This document shows positions 28,835-40,171 of a stretch of 64,000 nt of DNA, piece by piece. Location of the stretch: assembly GCA_001443495.1 (NCBI GenBank), contig LDXR01000017.1:2384-66383 (forward strand), written 5' to 3'. A model generated the notes under the pieces. That model worked only from the letters and a program-made list of their open reading frames with translations, was not told where the DNA came from and ran no database searches. This stretch comes from a candidate division NC10 bacterium CSP1-5. Its GTDB lineage: Bacteria; Methylomirabilota; Methylomirabilia; Methylomirabilales; CSP1-5. The position numbers and the translations under genes were made by a program. Position 1 is the stretch's first letter, and each line of letters opens with the position of its first letter.

Positions 28835-30334
28835 GTGGAGGTCGGAGTGGAGGAGAGCAGTCCGCTGATCCGGGAGCGGCAGGGGAAGCTCGAGAAGCTG
28901 CGTCGGATGGGGATCGACCCGTACGGCTTGCGTTGGGAAGTCACCGCGCTGGCCGGTGACCTTCAGCAACAGCACCGCGACGCATCGACCGCCTTTTTCG
29001 ATTCCGAGGTGGTGGCCGTCAGCCTGGCCGGTCGGCTGATGACACTGCGCGACCACGGCAAGACGACCTTCGCCGATCTCAAGGACCGCACCGGCCAGAT
29101 CCAGATATACTTGCGCGAGGACCGGCTCGGTAACGAGGCGTACAGCCTCCTGAAATGGACAGATATCGGCGATTTTCTGGGGGTCACGGGCCGCCTCTTT
29201 CGGACCCGCACCGGCGAGCTCACCGTGGTAGTTGAAGAGTTCCGTCTGTTGACCAAGTCTCTCCGCCCTCTGCCAGAGAAGTGGCATGGCCTCGTCGACG
29301 TGGAGACTCGCTACCGGCAGCGGTATCTCGACTTGGTGGCAAACCCGGAGGTGGCGACGGTCTTTCAGCGTCGCTCGCTGCTGATCCGCGAGGTCCGGCA
29401 GTTCTTCGACCAGCGGGGATTCCTCGAGGTGGAGACCCCCATGATGCAGGCCGTGGCGGGGGGTGCCGCTGCTCGGCCTTTCATCACCCACCATAACGCG
29501 CTGGACATGGATCTCTATCTGCGCATCGCCCCGGAGCTCTACCTGAAACGCCTGTTGGTGGGCGGGCTGGAGCGGGTATACGAAATCAACCGCAACTTTC
29601 GGAACGAGGGGATCGATACGCGCCACAATCCCGAGTTCACCATGCTGGAGTTCTATCAAGCGTACGCGGATTATCATGATTTGATGACCCTGACCGAGGA
29701 ACTTCTCCCTCATCTCTGTCGGGTTCTTCTCGGCGGGGAGGAGCTCACGTACCAGGGCGCGCGGATCAATCTCTCTCCCCCCTGGCCCCGATTGACGGTC
29801 GTGGAGGCGCTCCGGAAGGTGGGCGGAATCCGGGAGGAGGATCTGGAAGGTGCCGAGAGGCTGCGGGCCGTGGCTGCCCAGCGCGGCGTTCCGGTACAGG
29901 CGGGGTGGGGACGGGGCAAGCTTGTCGACGCGTTGATGGCGCATTTGGTGGAGCCCCACTTGGTCCAGCCGACGTTCCTCCTCGACTTCCCCCTCGAGCT
30001 TTCCCCCCTGGCCAGGAGTCGGCCGGACGATCCTCGACTGGCCCAGCGGTTCGAGCTCTTCGTAGCAGGGCTCGAGCTGGCGAACGCCTATACGGAGCTG
30101 AACGATCCTCAGGAACAGCGTCAGCGCCTCGAGGAACAGCTGCGGGCGCGAGAGGGTGGAGATGAGGAGGCTCACCGGATGGATGAGGATTTCGTCCGCG
30201 CCCTCGAGTACGGGATGCCGCCGGCGGCGGGCGAGGGGATCGGGATCGACCGTCTGGTCATGCTTGTCACCGATTCACCCTCCATCCGCGACGTCGTCCT
30301 GTTTCCGCAGCTCCGTCCGAAGGAGCAGGGATGA
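28835..30334 (+). CDS. lysS: lysine--tRNA ligase (class II)
   Basis: OB-fold N-domain. Class II motifs FRNEGIDTRHNPEFTMLEFYQAYADY and GIGIDRLVMLVTDSPSIRDVVLFP. Confidence 0.95.
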   Translation: MEVGVEESSPLIRERQGKLEKLRRMGIDPYGLRWEVTALAGDLQQQHRDASTAFFDSEVVAVSLAGRLMTLRDHGKTTFADLKDRTGQIQIYLREDRLGNEAYSLLKWTDIGDFLGVTGRLFRTRTGELTVVVEEFRLLTKSLRPLPEKWHGLVDVETRYRQRYLDLVANPEVATVFQRRSLLIREVRQFFDQRGFLEVETPMMQAVAGGAAARPFITHHNALDMDLYLRIAPELYLKRLLVGGLERVYEINRNFRNEGIDTRHNPEFTMLEFYQAYADYHDLMTLTEELLPHLCRVLLGGEELTYQGARINLSPPWPRLTVVEALRKVGGIREEDLEGAERLRAVAAQRGVPVQAGWGRGKLVDALMAHLVEPHLVQPTFLLDFPLELSPLARSRPDDPRLAQRFELFVAGLELANAYTELNDPQEQRQRLEEQLRAREGGDEEAHRMDEDFVRALEYGMPPAAGEGIGIDRLVMLVTDSPSIRDVVLFPQLRPKEQG

Positions 30335-31596
30335 GCCTGCGTCGACAGATGCCTTACGAGATTCTGATCGGGTTCAGGTATCTGAAGTCGAAGCGGCGAG
30401 AAGCCGTGATCTCCCTGATCACGCTGATCTCAAGCGGCGGGGTGGCCCTGGGCGTCATGGCCCTCATCGTCGTCCTCTCGGTTATGAGCGGCTTCGAGAG
30501 GGATCTCCGGGCCAAGATCCTGGGAACCACTGCCCATGTAGTCTTGCTCAAGTTCGGCGAGGGAGGGGTGACTAACGCGGGTGAGCTCCTGCCCCGTGTC
30601 GAGTCGCTCCCGCATGTGATCGGGGCTGCTCCCTTCACCCTCCATCAGGTCATGCTCACGTCTCGCCAGGGGGTGATGGGGGCCGTCCTCCGGGGGATTG
30701 ATCCCCAGCAGGAGGGGAAGGTCACCGAGCTGGCACGAAACATGAAAGAAGGGACCCTGGATGCCCTCCGTCGGGTCGATGATGGGATCATCCTCGGCAA
30801 GTCGTTGGCGGCCAGCCTGGGGGTCCGCATCGGAGATGCGGTGAATGTCGTCTCTCCCGTCGGGGGGGGCGTGACGCCCCTCGGGATGGTTCCCCGGGTC
30901 AAGCAGTTTACCCTGGCTGGGATTTTCGAGGCCGGGATGTACGAATACGACGCAGGGCTGGCCTACATCCCCATTCCGGCCGCCCAGGCCTTCTTCCGGA
31001 TGGGCACCGCCGTTACCGGGGTGGAGATCAAGATCGACGATATCTACGAGGCCGCTCGGGTGGCCGGCCGGGTCCAGGAGGAGCTCGGGTTTCCCTTTTA
31101 CACCCGGACCTGGATGGAAATGCACAAGAACCTCTTCTCGGCCCTGAAGCTCGAGAAGACGGTGATGTTTATCATCCTCGTGATGATCGTCTTGGTGGCC
31201 GCCTTTGGCATTGTCAGCACGCTCACGATGGTGGTGATGGAGAAGACCAGGGAGATCGCTATCCTGAAGTCGATGGGGGCCACAGCGGCCGGTATCATGA
31301 AGATCTTCATGGTGGAGGGGATTGTGATCGGGACAGCCGGGACCCTCCTCGGGCTCTTGGGCGGACTCGCCGTGACGGTCAATCTGGACACGATCGTCCC
31401 CTTCATCGAGCGCCTCTTCGGGATCAACGCCTTTCCCGGCGACGTCTATTTCCTGGATAAATTGCCGCACCAGGTGAATGTCCCGGACGTGGTCGCGGTG
31501 GTGACGGTAAGCCTGGTCATCAGCTTCCTCGCTACCGTGTATCCGTCCTGGCAGGCTTCGCGTCTGGACCCGGTGGAGGCCCTCAGGTATGAATGA
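30331..31596 (+). CDS. lolC: lipoprotein-releasing system permease (LolC/LolE, FtsX/MacB-type)
   Basis: ATGA overlap with lysS. N-terminus YEILIGFRYLKSKRREAVISLITLIS, a periplasmic domain, and C-terminal FtsX-type TM helices. Confidence 0.85.
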   Translation: MSLRRQMPYEILIGFRYLKSKRREAVISLITLISSGGVALGVMALIVVLSVMSGFERDLRAKILGTTAHVVLLKFGEGGVTNAGELLPRVESLPHVIGAAPFTLHQVMLTSRQGVMGAVLRGIDPQQEGKVTELARNMKEGTLDALRRVDDGIILGKSLAASLGVRIGDAVNVVSPVGGGVTPLGMVPRVKQFTLAGIFEAGMYEYDAGLAYIPIPAAQAFFRMGTAVTGVEIKIDDIYEAARVAGRVQEELGFPFYTRTWMEMHKNLFSALKLEKTVMFIILVMIVLVAAFGIVSTLTMVVMEKTREIAILKSMGATAAGIMKIFMVEGIVIGTAGTLLGLLGGLAVTVNLDTIVPFIERLFGINAFPGDVYFLDKLPHQVNVPDVVAVVTVSLVISFLATVYPSWQASRLDPVEALRYE

Positions 31597-32308
31597 ATTC
31601 ATCGAGGTCCGCGATCTTCGGAAGTCCTTCCGGATGGGGGGGGAGGCGCTCCACATCTTGAAGGGGGTCAATCTCAGGGTCCGGCGGGGGGAATTCCTCG
31701 CCATCGTGGGCCCCTCAGGGGTGGGGAAGAGCACCCTGCTTCATATCCTGGGGGGGCTGGACCGCCCCACCGCAGGTCACGTATACTACCAGGGCGTCGA
31801 GATCTCCCGCCTGCCCGAGGGGGAGCTGGCGGCGTTCCGGAATCGCACGATCGGTTTCGTCTTCCAGTTCCACCATCTCTTGCCGGAGTTTTCGGCCCTG
31901 GAGAATACCATGATGCCGGGCCTGATTGGACGACAGGGTTGGGAGAACGCCGAGGAGAAGGCGCGAGGAATGTTGAAGCGCGTGGGGCTTGCAGACCGGT
32001 TCAGGCACAGGCCAGGGGAGCTGTCCGGGGGTGAGCAGCAGCGGGTGGCCATTGCCCGGGCATTGGTTCTGTCCCCCACCGTCCTTCTTGCTGATGAGCC
32101 GACCGGGAATCTGGACTCGAAGACCGGTGAGGCTATCTTTGATCTCCTCCGGGAACTCAATCGGGAGCAGGGACTCACGGTGATCCTCGTCACCCACAAT
32201 GAGTGGTTTGCGCGGCAGACCGATCGGATGCTTCGGATGGCGGACGGTCAGCTGGGGGAAGTCGGGCCCGGAAGGGAGTCGGGGGTCAGGGACGCCGGCA
32301 CCCGATGA
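31589..32308 (+). CDS. lolD: lipoprotein-releasing system ATP-binding protein
   Basis: Walker A GPSGVGKST, signature LSGGEQQRVAIARAL, Walker B LLADEPTGNLD. Confidence 0.85.
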   Translation: MNEFIEVRDLRKSFRMGGEALHILKGVNLRVRRGEFLAIVGPSGVGKSTLLHILGGLDRPTAGHVYYQGVEISRLPEGELAAFRNRTIGFVFQFHHLLPEFSALENTMMPGLIGRQGWENAEEKARGMLKRVGLADRFRHRPGELSGGEQQRVAIARALVLSPTVLLADEPTGNLDSKTGEAIFDLLRELNREQGLTVILVTHNEWFARQTDRMLRMADGQLGEVGPGRESGVRDAGTR

Positions 32309-32425
32309 GGGCGGTCATCCACACCATAAGGCGCGGAGCAGGAGTGCCAAAATCTTTCGTTGCTGGTCGGAGAGAAAGCTGCTATACTCGGCCTAGTTGC
32401 CATACATCCGGGAGAGGGGATGGGT

Positions 32426-34858
32426 ATGTTTGAGCGTTTTACCGAACGGGCGCGGAAGGTAATCATCCTGGCCCGGGAAGAGGCGATCCGTCTCGGACAC
32501 AACTTTGTCGGGACGGAGCATCTCCTCCTCGGTCTTGTCCGGGAGGGGGATGGTCTCGCAATGGCCATCCTGAAGAAGCTCACCGTGAACCTCTCGACCC
32601 TGAAGGGAGAGGTGGAAAAGATCGTCTCCGTCGGGACCCAGGTGAGCCCCGCGGGCGAGGTCCCCTTCACCCCCCAGGCCAAGAAGGTCCTCGAATACGC
32701 TATCTCCGAAGCCCGGTCCATGGGGCATAACTATATCGGCACCGAGCATCTCCTCCTGGGGCTCGTCCGCGAAGGGGAGGGGATTGCATCGCTCGTCCTC
32801 CGGGACGTGGGAGTGACGGTCGCAGCCGCCAAGGCTCAGGCGCAAGAGCTGTTAGGCGAGCAGGCCACCAAGGCCGCTGGCACCGGTCGGACGCCCGCCC
32901 TCGACGAGTTTGGAGTCGAACTGACCAACATGGCGCGTCAGGGAAAACTCGATCCCGTCATCGGTCGGGAGGCGGAGATCGAACGGGTCATTCAGATCCT
33001 GTCCCGGCGGACCAAGAATAATCCGGTCCTTATCGGAGAGGCCGGCGTGGGCAAGACGGCCATTGTGGAGGGATTGGCCCAGCGGATCGTCGCCTCCGAT
33101 GTGCCGGAGACCCTCCTGCGCAAGCGCGTGGTGCAGCTCGACCTCCCCGGAATGGTTGCAGGTACCAAGTACCGGGGCCAGTTCGAAGAGCGGCTTAAGG
33201 CGGTCATCAAAGAGATCCAGCAGACGGGGAATGTCATTATCTTTATCGACGAGCTGCATACCCTGGTCGGGGCCGGGGCGGCCGAAGGCGCGATCGATGC
33301 CTCGAACATGCTCAAGCCGGCCTTGGCCCGCGGCGAGATCCAGGTGATTGGCGCCACCACCATGGATGAGTACCGCAAGTATGTGGAGAAGGATCGGGCG
33401 CTGGAGCGGCGCTTCCAGACGATCTTTGTCGGCCAGCCGAGTGTGGACGAGACCATCCGGATCCTCCGCGAGATCAAGGACCTCTACGAAGCCCATCATT
33501 CCGCCGTCATCACCGAAGAAGCCGTGGTGGCGGCTGCCCGGCTGTCACACCGCTATATTGCTGACCGCTTTCTGCCCGACAAGGCGATCGACGTCATGGA
33601 CGAGGCAGGCTCCCGCGCCCGCCTGAAGTCGCTGATGCTCCCGGAGGACATCCGGGAGATGGAGAATGAGGTGGAGCGCCTCCGTCAGCAGAAAGAAGAT
33701 GCCATCAGGACGCAGGCCTTTGAGGTGGCTGCACGCCTCCGAGATGCCGAGCGGAGACTTCGAGCAGAGCTTGAAGAAAGAAGGAATAAATGGAAGGAAT
33801 TCAAGACAAAAGAGAAGATCATAGTCAACGATGAAGACATCGCGTACATCGTCTCTAAGTGGACGGGCATTCCGCTGTACCAAATTGAAGAGGCCGAGGC
33901 CCAGAGGCTGCTCCGGATGGAGGAGGATCTCGGCAAGCGCGTCGTGGGGCAGGAGGAGGCGATCCGAGCAGTGACGCGGGCCATCCGGCGCTCCCGCTCC
34001 GGCTTGAAGAATCCCCGGAGGCCGGTGGGTTCTTTCATATTCCTCGGCCCGACGGGGGTGGGAAAGACGGAGCTGGCCAAGGCGTTGGCGGAGTTCCTCT
34101 TTGGAACCGAAGATGCCATCGTCCGCGTCGATATGTCGGAGTATATGGAGCGCTTCGCCGTCTCGCGACTCATCGGGGCCCCCCCGGGCTATATCGGCTA
34201 TGATGACAGCGGCCAGCTCACGGAAAAGGTGCGTCGCCGCCCCTTTTCGGTGATCCTTCTGGACGAGATCGAGAAGGCCCACCCGGAGGTGTTCAACCTC
34301 CTCCTGCAGATCTTTGAAGACGGCCACCTGACCGACAGCTACGGTCGACAGGTGGACTTCAAAAACACGATCCTGATTATGACCAGCAATATCGGGGCAC
34401 GGCAGATCACCATGCATGCCCCCATGGGCTTCACCACGGGGAGCCAGGAACAGAGCTACGCCAAGATGAAGGAGACGGTCCTGGCGGAGCTGAAGAAGAC
34501 CTTTAACCCCGAGTTCATGAACCGGATTGATGAGGTGATCGTTTTCCACCCCCTTGCGAAGGAGCACATGCGGAAGATCGCCGACCTGATGCTGCAGCGA
34601 CTCCAGTCGCAGCTCGATGAAAAACGGATCACGCTGATGATGTCCGATGACGCCAAGGAGTTCCTCATCGACAAGGGATACGACCCGCAGTTCGGGGCGA
34701 GACCTCTGCGCCGGGCCATCCAGCGCTACGTGGAGGACCTCTTGGCCGAAGAGATGCTTCGAGGAGGCCTCACCGAGGGGAGCACGGTTCGCGTGAAGGC
34801 AGGGGTCGACGTGCTCACAGCGGAAGAGGTGACCAATCTTCTCGGGCAGACCAGCTGA
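32426..34858 (+). CDS. clpC: ATP-dependent Clp protease ATP-binding subunit ClpC
   Basis: ATG 32426. [13 protein letters not shown] plus a duplicated Clp_N repeat. Two AAA modules ([16 protein letters not shown]). Confidence 0.9.
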   Translation: MFERFTERARKVIILAREEAIRLGHNFVGTEHLLLGLVREGDGLAMAILKKLTVNLSTLKGEVEKIVSVGTQVSPAGEVPFTPQAKKVLEYAISEARSMGHNYIGTEHLLLGLVREGEGIASLVLRDVGVTVAAAKAQAQELLGEQATKAAGTGRTPALDEFGVELTNMARQGKLDPVIGREAEIERVIQILSRRTKNNPVLIGEAGVGKTAIVEGLAQRIVASDVPETLLRKRVVQLDLPGMVAGTKYRGQFEERLKAVIKEIQQTGNVIIFIDELHTLVGAGAAEGAIDASNMLKPALARGEIQVIGATTMDEYRKYVEKDRALERRFQTIFVGQPSVDETIRILREIKDLYEAHHSAVITEEAVVAAARLSHRYIADRFLPDKAIDVMDEAGSRARLKSLMLPEDIREMENEVERLRQQKEDAIRTQAFEVAARLRDAERRLRAELEERRNKWKEFKTKEKIIVNDEDIAYIVSKWTGIPLYQIEEAEAQRLLRMEEDLGKRVVGQEEAIRAVTRAIRRSRSGLKNPRRPVGSFIFLGPTGVGKTELAKALAEFLFGTEDAIVRVDMSEYMERFAVSRLIGAPPGYIGYDDSGQLTEKVRRRPFSVILLDEIEKAHPEVFNLLLQIFEDGHLTDSYGRQVDFKNTILIMTSNIGARQITMHAPMGFTTGSQEQSYAKMKETVLAELKKTFNPEFMNRIDEVIVFHPLAKEHMRKIADLMLQRLQSQLDEKRITLMMSDDAKEFLIDKGYDPQFGARPLRRAIQRYVEDLLAEEMLRGGLTEGSTVRVKAGVDVLTAEEVTNLLGQTS

Positions 34859-34877
34859 GTGACCCAGATCCCACCAC

Positions 34878-34905
34878 GAGGGTCCGACAGGACCCTTTTT
34901 GGTTT
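34878..34905 (+). terminator. rho-independent terminator after clpC
   Basis: GGGTCC-GACA-GGACCC followed by TTTTTGGTTT. Confidence 0.7.
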
Positions 34906-34992
34906 ACTTCCCCCCCCTGCAGTGGTATAAGTCGCGCGGTGTCTTGAGAGGCCGAGGGTCCATTTCCATCTTACAGGAGAGGTTGTCGATAG

Positions 34993-37272
34993 ATGGAGCG
35001 AACCCTACGGACGGTCTTTTTTTTGTCGTCTGCCTTCCTCTTGATCCAGACGTGTCCCACCGTTGCGTGGGGTCAGCAGGTACCCACGGTCAAAGAGATC
35101 AATATTCGAGGGAATCAGAAGGTCGAGTCTGATGCCATCCGTCAACGCATTCAGACGCGCGTTGGTGATCCTTTTTCGCCCGAGAAGATCCGTGGGGATG
35201 TCGAGCGCCTGTTCAAGATGGGCTTCTTCGATGATGTCATGGTCGAGGCGGAGGAGCTGGAAGGAGGACTGCGCCTGATCTACGCGGTCACGGAGAAACC
35301 CAGCATTCGGTCGATTCGGATTGTCGGGGCCAAGGAGATTGAAGAAAAGGACGTTCGTGACCGCATCGACGTTGCCGCCGGGACGGTGTTCGACCCCCAA
35401 GCCCTCGGTCGGAATGCCGAAAAGATCCGGGCCCACTACGAAGGGGAGGGATTCTATGTCGCCCAGGTGGTGGGAAGGTCCGAGAAGGTCTCGGACCGGG
35501 AGGTGGACCTCGTCTTTGAGATCGAGGAGGGGGCGAAGTTTTACGTGAGGGACATTACCTTCGTGGGCAACAAGGGGCTCAGTGCCGGGACGATCAAAGG
35601 GGTGATGGCGACGAAGGAGCGGTTTTTCATTTGGTTTCTTCGGCCTGGGGTCCTCAAACGGCCGGACCTCGACCAAGACGTGGAGCGGATCAAGGCGCTG
35701 TATCTCGACCGAGGGTATCTGCAGGTGAAGGTTGCAGAGCCGGAGATTCAGATCGATAAGGCGGCGAATCGCCTGGACATCATGTTCCGGATCGAGGAGG
35801 GCCTCCGGTTCCGCACGGGAACGGTCAGCGTGCAGGGAAGCACCATCTTCACTCCAGAGGAACTCGTGGCCAGCCTCAAACTGCCCCGGGAGGAGTTCTT
35901 CGGTCGCGATGTCCTCCGCAAGGACCTGCTGGCCCTGTCTGAAAAATATTCCGAGCTGGGATACGTCTTTGCAGATGTCGTTCCGGTCACCCGGGTACGA
36001 GCGGATGAGTCGGTTGTCGACGTAAACTTCGAGATTACCGAGGGGATAAAGGCCTATGTGGAGCGGATCGAGATTCGGGGGAATACGAAGACGCGTGACG
36101 GGGTGATCCGGAGACATCTGGAGTTAGCCGAGGGGGATGTATACAACGGCAAGCTCCTTCGGGAAGCACGGACAGCACTGAGCCGCCTCGGGTACTTCGA
36201 ATCGGTGGATGTCAAGAGCAGCCAAGGGTCTGCACCCGAGCAACTCGTGCTCGGAATCGACGTGAAGGAAAAGCCCACAGGTCGGTTGGGAGTCGGTGGG
36301 GGGTTCAGCACCTCCGGGGGAGCCATCGGGACTGTCTTCTTGACCGAGGATAATCTCTTCGGGCTCGGGAAGCGGATCCGTCTCGCGGCGCAGTTGGGGA
36401 CCATCAGCAGTGGTCTGAACCTTCGGTACGATGATCCCTTCTTCTTGGACTCCGACTATTCCTTCAGCCTGGCTGCCTTCGACCGGACCTCGGACTTCGA
36501 CGATTTTACCGAAGAGCGGCGCGGAGCCGAAATCGGATTTGGCCGTCGATTCTTCAAGTATAATTTCGTGAGTATCGGGTACCTGTATGAGGTGGTTGAT
36601 ATCTCTGACGTCAGCCCGACCGCCTCGAGTCTCATCAGAAATGAGCAGGGGACCTCGTCGACCAGCTCCATCAACCTCGGGCTGGTCCGAGACACGCGCG
36701 ATAATCCCAGCAACCCCACGAGGGGGTACCGCGTCAGCCTGAATAATGAGTGGGCGGGCGGCCCGCTGGGAGCGGACAACGATTTTTACAAGATCATTCT
36801 GGATGCCCGATATCACTTTCCCATTTTCGAAGACCAGGAGATCATTGGGTCGATCCGGGGGCGCGGTGGGTTCGTCGAGACCTACGGGGATACTGATCAA
36901 GTCCCGCTCCAGGAGCGGTTCTTCCTCGGAGGACCCACCAACTTTCGCGGGAGTGGTTTCCGGAAACTGAGCCCCCGGGACCCGGTGACCGGGGAGCGGG
37001 TCGGAGGGAACCAGTTTTACCTCTTCACCACGGAGGTAGGATTCCCCATCTTCAAGGAGTTTATCGATCTCCGGGGGGCCGTCTTTTTTGATGCCGCGCA
37101 AACCATGGGTCAGGACGAGGCGATCAACTTTGACCCGGAATATGCCTTTGGGTTTGGGCTGGGCCTGGTGACCCCCTTCGGCCCGGTCCGGGTCGACCTC
37201 GGATATAACCCCGATCCGCGCGCGGACAATGACAATTTTGTCATCCATTTCAACCTGGGACGCGTGTTCTAG
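34993..37272 (+). CDS. bamA: outer membrane protein assembly factor BamA
   Basis: Signal peptide, POTRA repeats (VKEINIRGNQKV.., IRSIRIVGAKEI.., VRDITFVGNKGL.., VERIEIRGNTKT..), and a C-terminal beta-barrel ending in aromatic F. Confidence 0.9.
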   Translation: MERTLRTVFFLSSAFLLIQTCPTVAWGQQVPTVKEINIRGNQKVESDAIRQRIQTRVGDPFSPEKIRGDVERLFKMGFFDDVMVEAEELEGGLRLIYAVTEKPSIRSIRIVGAKEIEEKDVRDRIDVAAGTVFDPQALGRNAEKIRAHYEGEGFYVAQVVGRSEKVSDREVDLVFEIEEGAKFYVRDITFVGNKGLSAGTIKGVMATKERFFIWFLRPGVLKRPDLDQDVERIKALYLDRGYLQVKVAEPEIQIDKAANRLDIMFRIEEGLRFRTGTVSVQGSTIFTPEELVASLKLPREEFFGRDVLRKDLLALSEKYSELGYVFADVVPVTRVRADESVVDVNFEITEGIKAYVERIEIRGNTKTRDGVIRRHLELAEGDVYNGKLLREARTALSRLGYFESVDVKSSQGSAPEQLVLGIDVKEKPTGRLGVGGGFSTSGGAIGTVFLTEDNLFGLGKRIRLAAQLGTISSGLNLRYDDPFFLDSDYSFSLAAFDRTSDFDDFTEERRGAEIGFGRRFFKYNFVSIGYLYEVVDISDVSPTASSLIRNEQGTSSTSSINLGLVRDTRDNPSNPTRGYRVSLNNEWAGGPLGADNDFYKIILDARYHFPIFEDQEIIGSIRGRGGFVETYGDTDQVPLQERFFLGGPTNFRGSGFRKLSPRDPVTGERVGGNQFYLFTTEVGFPIFKEFIDLRGAVFFDAAQTMGQDEAINFDPEYAFGFGLGLVTPFGPVRVDLGYNPDPRADNDNFVIHFNLGRVF

Positions 37273-37295
37273 GTGAAAGCTGGGAGGTGAAGGAA

Positions 37296-37835
37296 ATGCG
37301 AATGAGGCGGGGGACCTTGAGGGGACTGCCGCTGTTGGTGCTGGCCGCACTCGCCGTCGGAGTGGATGCGGCTCCGGTGGGTGCCCAGGCGGTCAAGATC
37401 GGTCTTGTAGACCTGCAGAGGGTCCTGTTGGAGTCCAAGAAGGGGAAGGACGCCCTGGCAAAGCTCAAGACCGACAGGGACGCGAAGCAGCGAGACCTTG
37501 ATGCCCAAGAAAAGAAGGTCCGCCAGACGGAAACCGATTTCGAGAAGCAACGCTCCGTGCTGAGTGAAGACGCCAGGAGGGAGAAGGAGAAGGTGATGCA
37601 GAAGGCGCGGCGAGATCTGGCTCGGATCGTGGACGACCTGAATCGCGAGTTCGGCGAGCGCGAGCGAGATCTGCGAGAGCGGTTGGTCCGGGAGATTACC
37701 ACCGTGGTGCGGGAATACGGCAAGAAGAACGGGTACGTGCTGATCCTAGAGGTGCGGGCCGCGGGGGTGATGCACAGCAGTGAGGGGGCCGATATCAGCA
37801 AGGAAGTTATCGCCGTCTACGATGCCGGGAAATAA
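37296..37835 (+). CDS. skp: OmpH/Skp family periplasmic chaperone
   Basis: ATG 37296 lies 8 nt after GGGAGG. Signal peptide, then IGLVDLQRVLLESKKGKDA and a charged coiled region. Confidence 0.8.
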   Translation: MRMRRGTLRGLPLLVLAALAVGVDAAPVGAQAVKIGLVDLQRVLLESKKGKDALAKLKTDRDAKQRDLDAQEKKVRQTETDFEKQRSVLSEDARREKEKVMQKARRDLARIVDDLNREFGERERDLRERLVREITTVVREYGKKNGYVLILEVRAAGVMHSSEGADISKEVIAVYDAGK

Positions 37836-37991
37836 TTGATTGAGAGACCGCCGCACCGGCAGGGGCGGGGCTTCGCCGAGAGAATCCTCTTATTTGCTTG
37901 CTTCTCAAGCGCCTTCGTGATATGACAGCTCGGCTGTCTGGGCGCTGGGTCCGGGTGCGGTGGGGCCAGCGGCGATTATGAGGTCGGGGCG

Positions 37992-38450
37992 ATGGCAGAA
38001 GACGTCATGGACATCCCGGAGATTCAGAGGCACATTCCACACCGCTATCCCTTTCTGCTTGTGGATCGGATTCTGGAGGTCGAGAAGGGCCGCCGGATTG
38101 TGGGAGTCAAGAATGTGACCATGAACGAGCCCTTTTTCGCCGGCCACTTCCCCGGGCGGCCTATCATGCCGGGAGTTCTTCTCATCGAGGGCATGGCACA
38201 GGTGGGAGGGGTCCTGTGGAGCAAGACGATCGATCTGCCTCGAGAGGACGTCTCCCGGTATTTCTATTTTGCCGCAATCGACAAGGTGAAGTTCCGCCGG
38301 CCGGTGTATCCCGGCGACCAGGTGCGGTATGAGCTCCAGATCCTGCATCTCAAGAGTCGACTCTGCAAGATGCGGGGTCATGCCTATGTAGACGGCCAAT
38401 TGGTGGTGGAAGCGGAACTGCTCTCGATGCTCGTGGAGCACGAGCAGTGA
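37992..38450 (+). CDS. fabZ: 3-hydroxyacyl-ACP dehydratase
   Basis: IPHRYPFLLVDRI..EPFFAGHFPGRPIMPGVLLIEGMAQ. Confidence 0.95.
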   Translation: MAEDVMDIPEIQRHIPHRYPFLLVDRILEVEKGRRIVGVKNVTMNEPFFAGHFPGRPIMPGVLLIEGMAQVGGVLWSKTIDLPREDVSRYFYFAAIDKVKFRRPVYPGDQVRYELQILHLKSRLCKMRGHAYVDGQLVVEAELLSMLVEHEQ

Positions 38451-39280
38451 ACCTGCCGACTCGAAAAAAACGGGGCAGTCGAATTGCGTCTGGAAGGGAC
38501 CCCTCGGTCCACCTCCATCCGACGGCGATCGTGTCCCCGTCCGCCAAGATCGGGCCGGGGGTGATCGTGGGTCCCTACGCCGTCATTGGGGACCATGTGA
38601 GCATCGGGGAAGGGACTAGCGTCGGGTCCCACGTGATCGTCGATGGATGGACGGAGATCGGCCGGGGGTGTCGGATCTTTTCCCATGCCGTCCTCGGCAC
38701 CGAGCCACAGGATCTCAAATTTCAGGGTGAGAAGAGCAGTCTGGTGATCGGCGATCACGTAGTCATCCGGGAGTTCACGACCATCCATCGCGGGACCGCG
38801 GGGGGCGGCGGCAAGACGGTGATCGGCAATCATGTGTTGATCATGGCTTCCACGCATGTGGCCCATGATTGCATCCTGGGGGACGGAGCCATCCTCGCGA
38901 CCGGTGCCGGACTGGGCGGTCATGTCGCCGTCGAGGAATCTGCGGTGATTGGAGGCCTCGTCGGTGTGCACCAGTTTTGCCGTATCGGGAAGTATGCCCT
39001 CGTCGGTGGCTGCTCGGCCGTGAGGCAAGATGTCATTCCTTTTTCCAAGGTCTCAGGGGACGGCCCGAAGCTGTACGGGCTCAACACCGTCGGTCTTCGC
39101 CGTCACAACCACCCGAAGGAGACGATCCGCAGTTTGCGGAAGGCCTACCGGCTCCTCTTCCAGTCCGGGCTCAATACCTCCCAGGCCGTCGCGCGCATCC
39201 AGGAGGAGATCTGGGACTGCGTGGAGGTGCAGCACCTCGTCCAGTTCATCAAGACCTCGGAACGGGGCGTGGCCCGATGA
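38447..39280 (+). CDS. lpxA: acyl-ACP--UDP-N-acetylglucosamine O-acyltransferase
   Basis: GTGA overlap with fabZ. VHLHPTAIVSPSAKIGPGVIVGPYAVIGDHVSIGEG hexapeptide repeats. About 20 extra N-terminal residues, so the start is uncertain. Confidence 0.88.
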   Translation: MNLPTRKKRGSRIASGRDPSVHLHPTAIVSPSAKIGPGVIVGPYAVIGDHVSIGEGTSVGSHVIVDGWTEIGRGCRIFSHAVLGTEPQDLKFQGEKSSLVIGDHVVIREFTTIHRGTAGGGGKTVIGNHVLIMASTHVAHDCILGDGAILATGAGLGGHVAVEESAVIGGLVGVHQFCRIGKYALVGGCSAVRQDVIPFSKVSGDGPKLYGLNTVGLRRHNHPKETIRSLRKAYRLLFQSGLNTSQAVARIQEEIWDCVEVQHLVQFIKTSERGVAR

Positions 39281-39367
39281 GGGTCTCCTCACCATCGAGC
39301 CCCGAGGCGTCCTCTCCGTCCCGACGGCCTGCTGACCGGTGACCCCGAACAGCTGAGCAGGTGAGTT

Positions 39368-40168
39368 ATGTCTCGGATCGGGATCATTGCGGGCTCCGGT
39401 CCCCTTCCCCTCTTGGCCGCCCGTGAGGCCAAGGCGGCCGGGCGGATGGTGACCGTGGTCGCCATCCGCGAAGAGGCGGACCCCGCGGTCGAGGCGGTGG
39501 CGGATCGCCTCCACTGGGTCGGAGTCGGCCAACTGGGGGCGCTCATCCGGGCTCTGAAGCGCGATGGGGTGAGCGAGGCCATCATGGTCGGCAAGGTGCG
39601 GATGAGTCACCTCTTCAGCCAGGTCCGTCCGGATGTCCGGGGAGCGCTACTCTATCTCCGCCTGAAGGATCGCCGGGGCGATTCCATCATGGAAGCGGTA
39701 GCCCAGGAGCTCGAGCGCGCCGGGATCACCCTCCTCGAGTGTACCCGGTTTCTGGCTGGGGTCTTGGTCGAAAAGGGGGTCCTGACCCGGCGGGCTCCGA
39801 CGGAGCGGGAATGGGAGGACATTCGATTCGGTCGGGAGGTCGCAAGCACCCTGGCGCACGTGAAGGTCGGGCAGACGGTGGTGGTAAAGCACGGCGCGGT
39901 CCTCGCGGTCGAAGCGGTCGAGGGGACCGACGCCGCGGTGCGGCGAGGGGGGGAGCTGGGACGGGAAGGGGTGGTGGTCGTCAAGGTGTGCCGGCCCCAG
40001 CACGATTTTCGGTTTGATGTCCCCGTCATCGGCCCGATGACCATTGCGGTGCTGCGCGAGGTGCGAGGGACGGCGCTGGCGGTAGAGGCGAACCGCACCC
40101 TGCTCCTGGATCGGGAACAGACCCTTGGTCTCGCGGATGAGGCCGGCATCGCGGTCGTGGCCGACTGA
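39368..40168 (+). CDS. lpxI: UDP-2,3-diacylglucosamine hydrolase, LpxI type (DUF1009)
   Basis: IGIIAGSGPLPLLAAREAK..VGQTVVVKHGAVLAVEAVEGTDAAVRRGG..FDVPVIGPMTI. It sits between lpxA and lpxB, as LpxI genes do. Confidence 0.8.
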   Translation: MSRIGIIAGSGPLPLLAAREAKAAGRMVTVVAIREEADPAVEAVADRLHWVGVGQLGALIRALKRDGVSEAIMVGKVRMSHLFSQVRPDVRGALLYLRLKDRRGDSIMEAVAQELERAGITLLECTRFLAGVLVEKGVLTRRAPTEREWEDIRFGREVASTLAHVKVGQTVVVKHGAVLAVEAVEGTDAAVRRGGELGREGVVVVKVCRPQHDFRFDVPVIGPMTIAVLREVRGTALAVEANRTLLLDREQTLGLADEAGIAVVAD

Positions 40169-40171
40169 GAG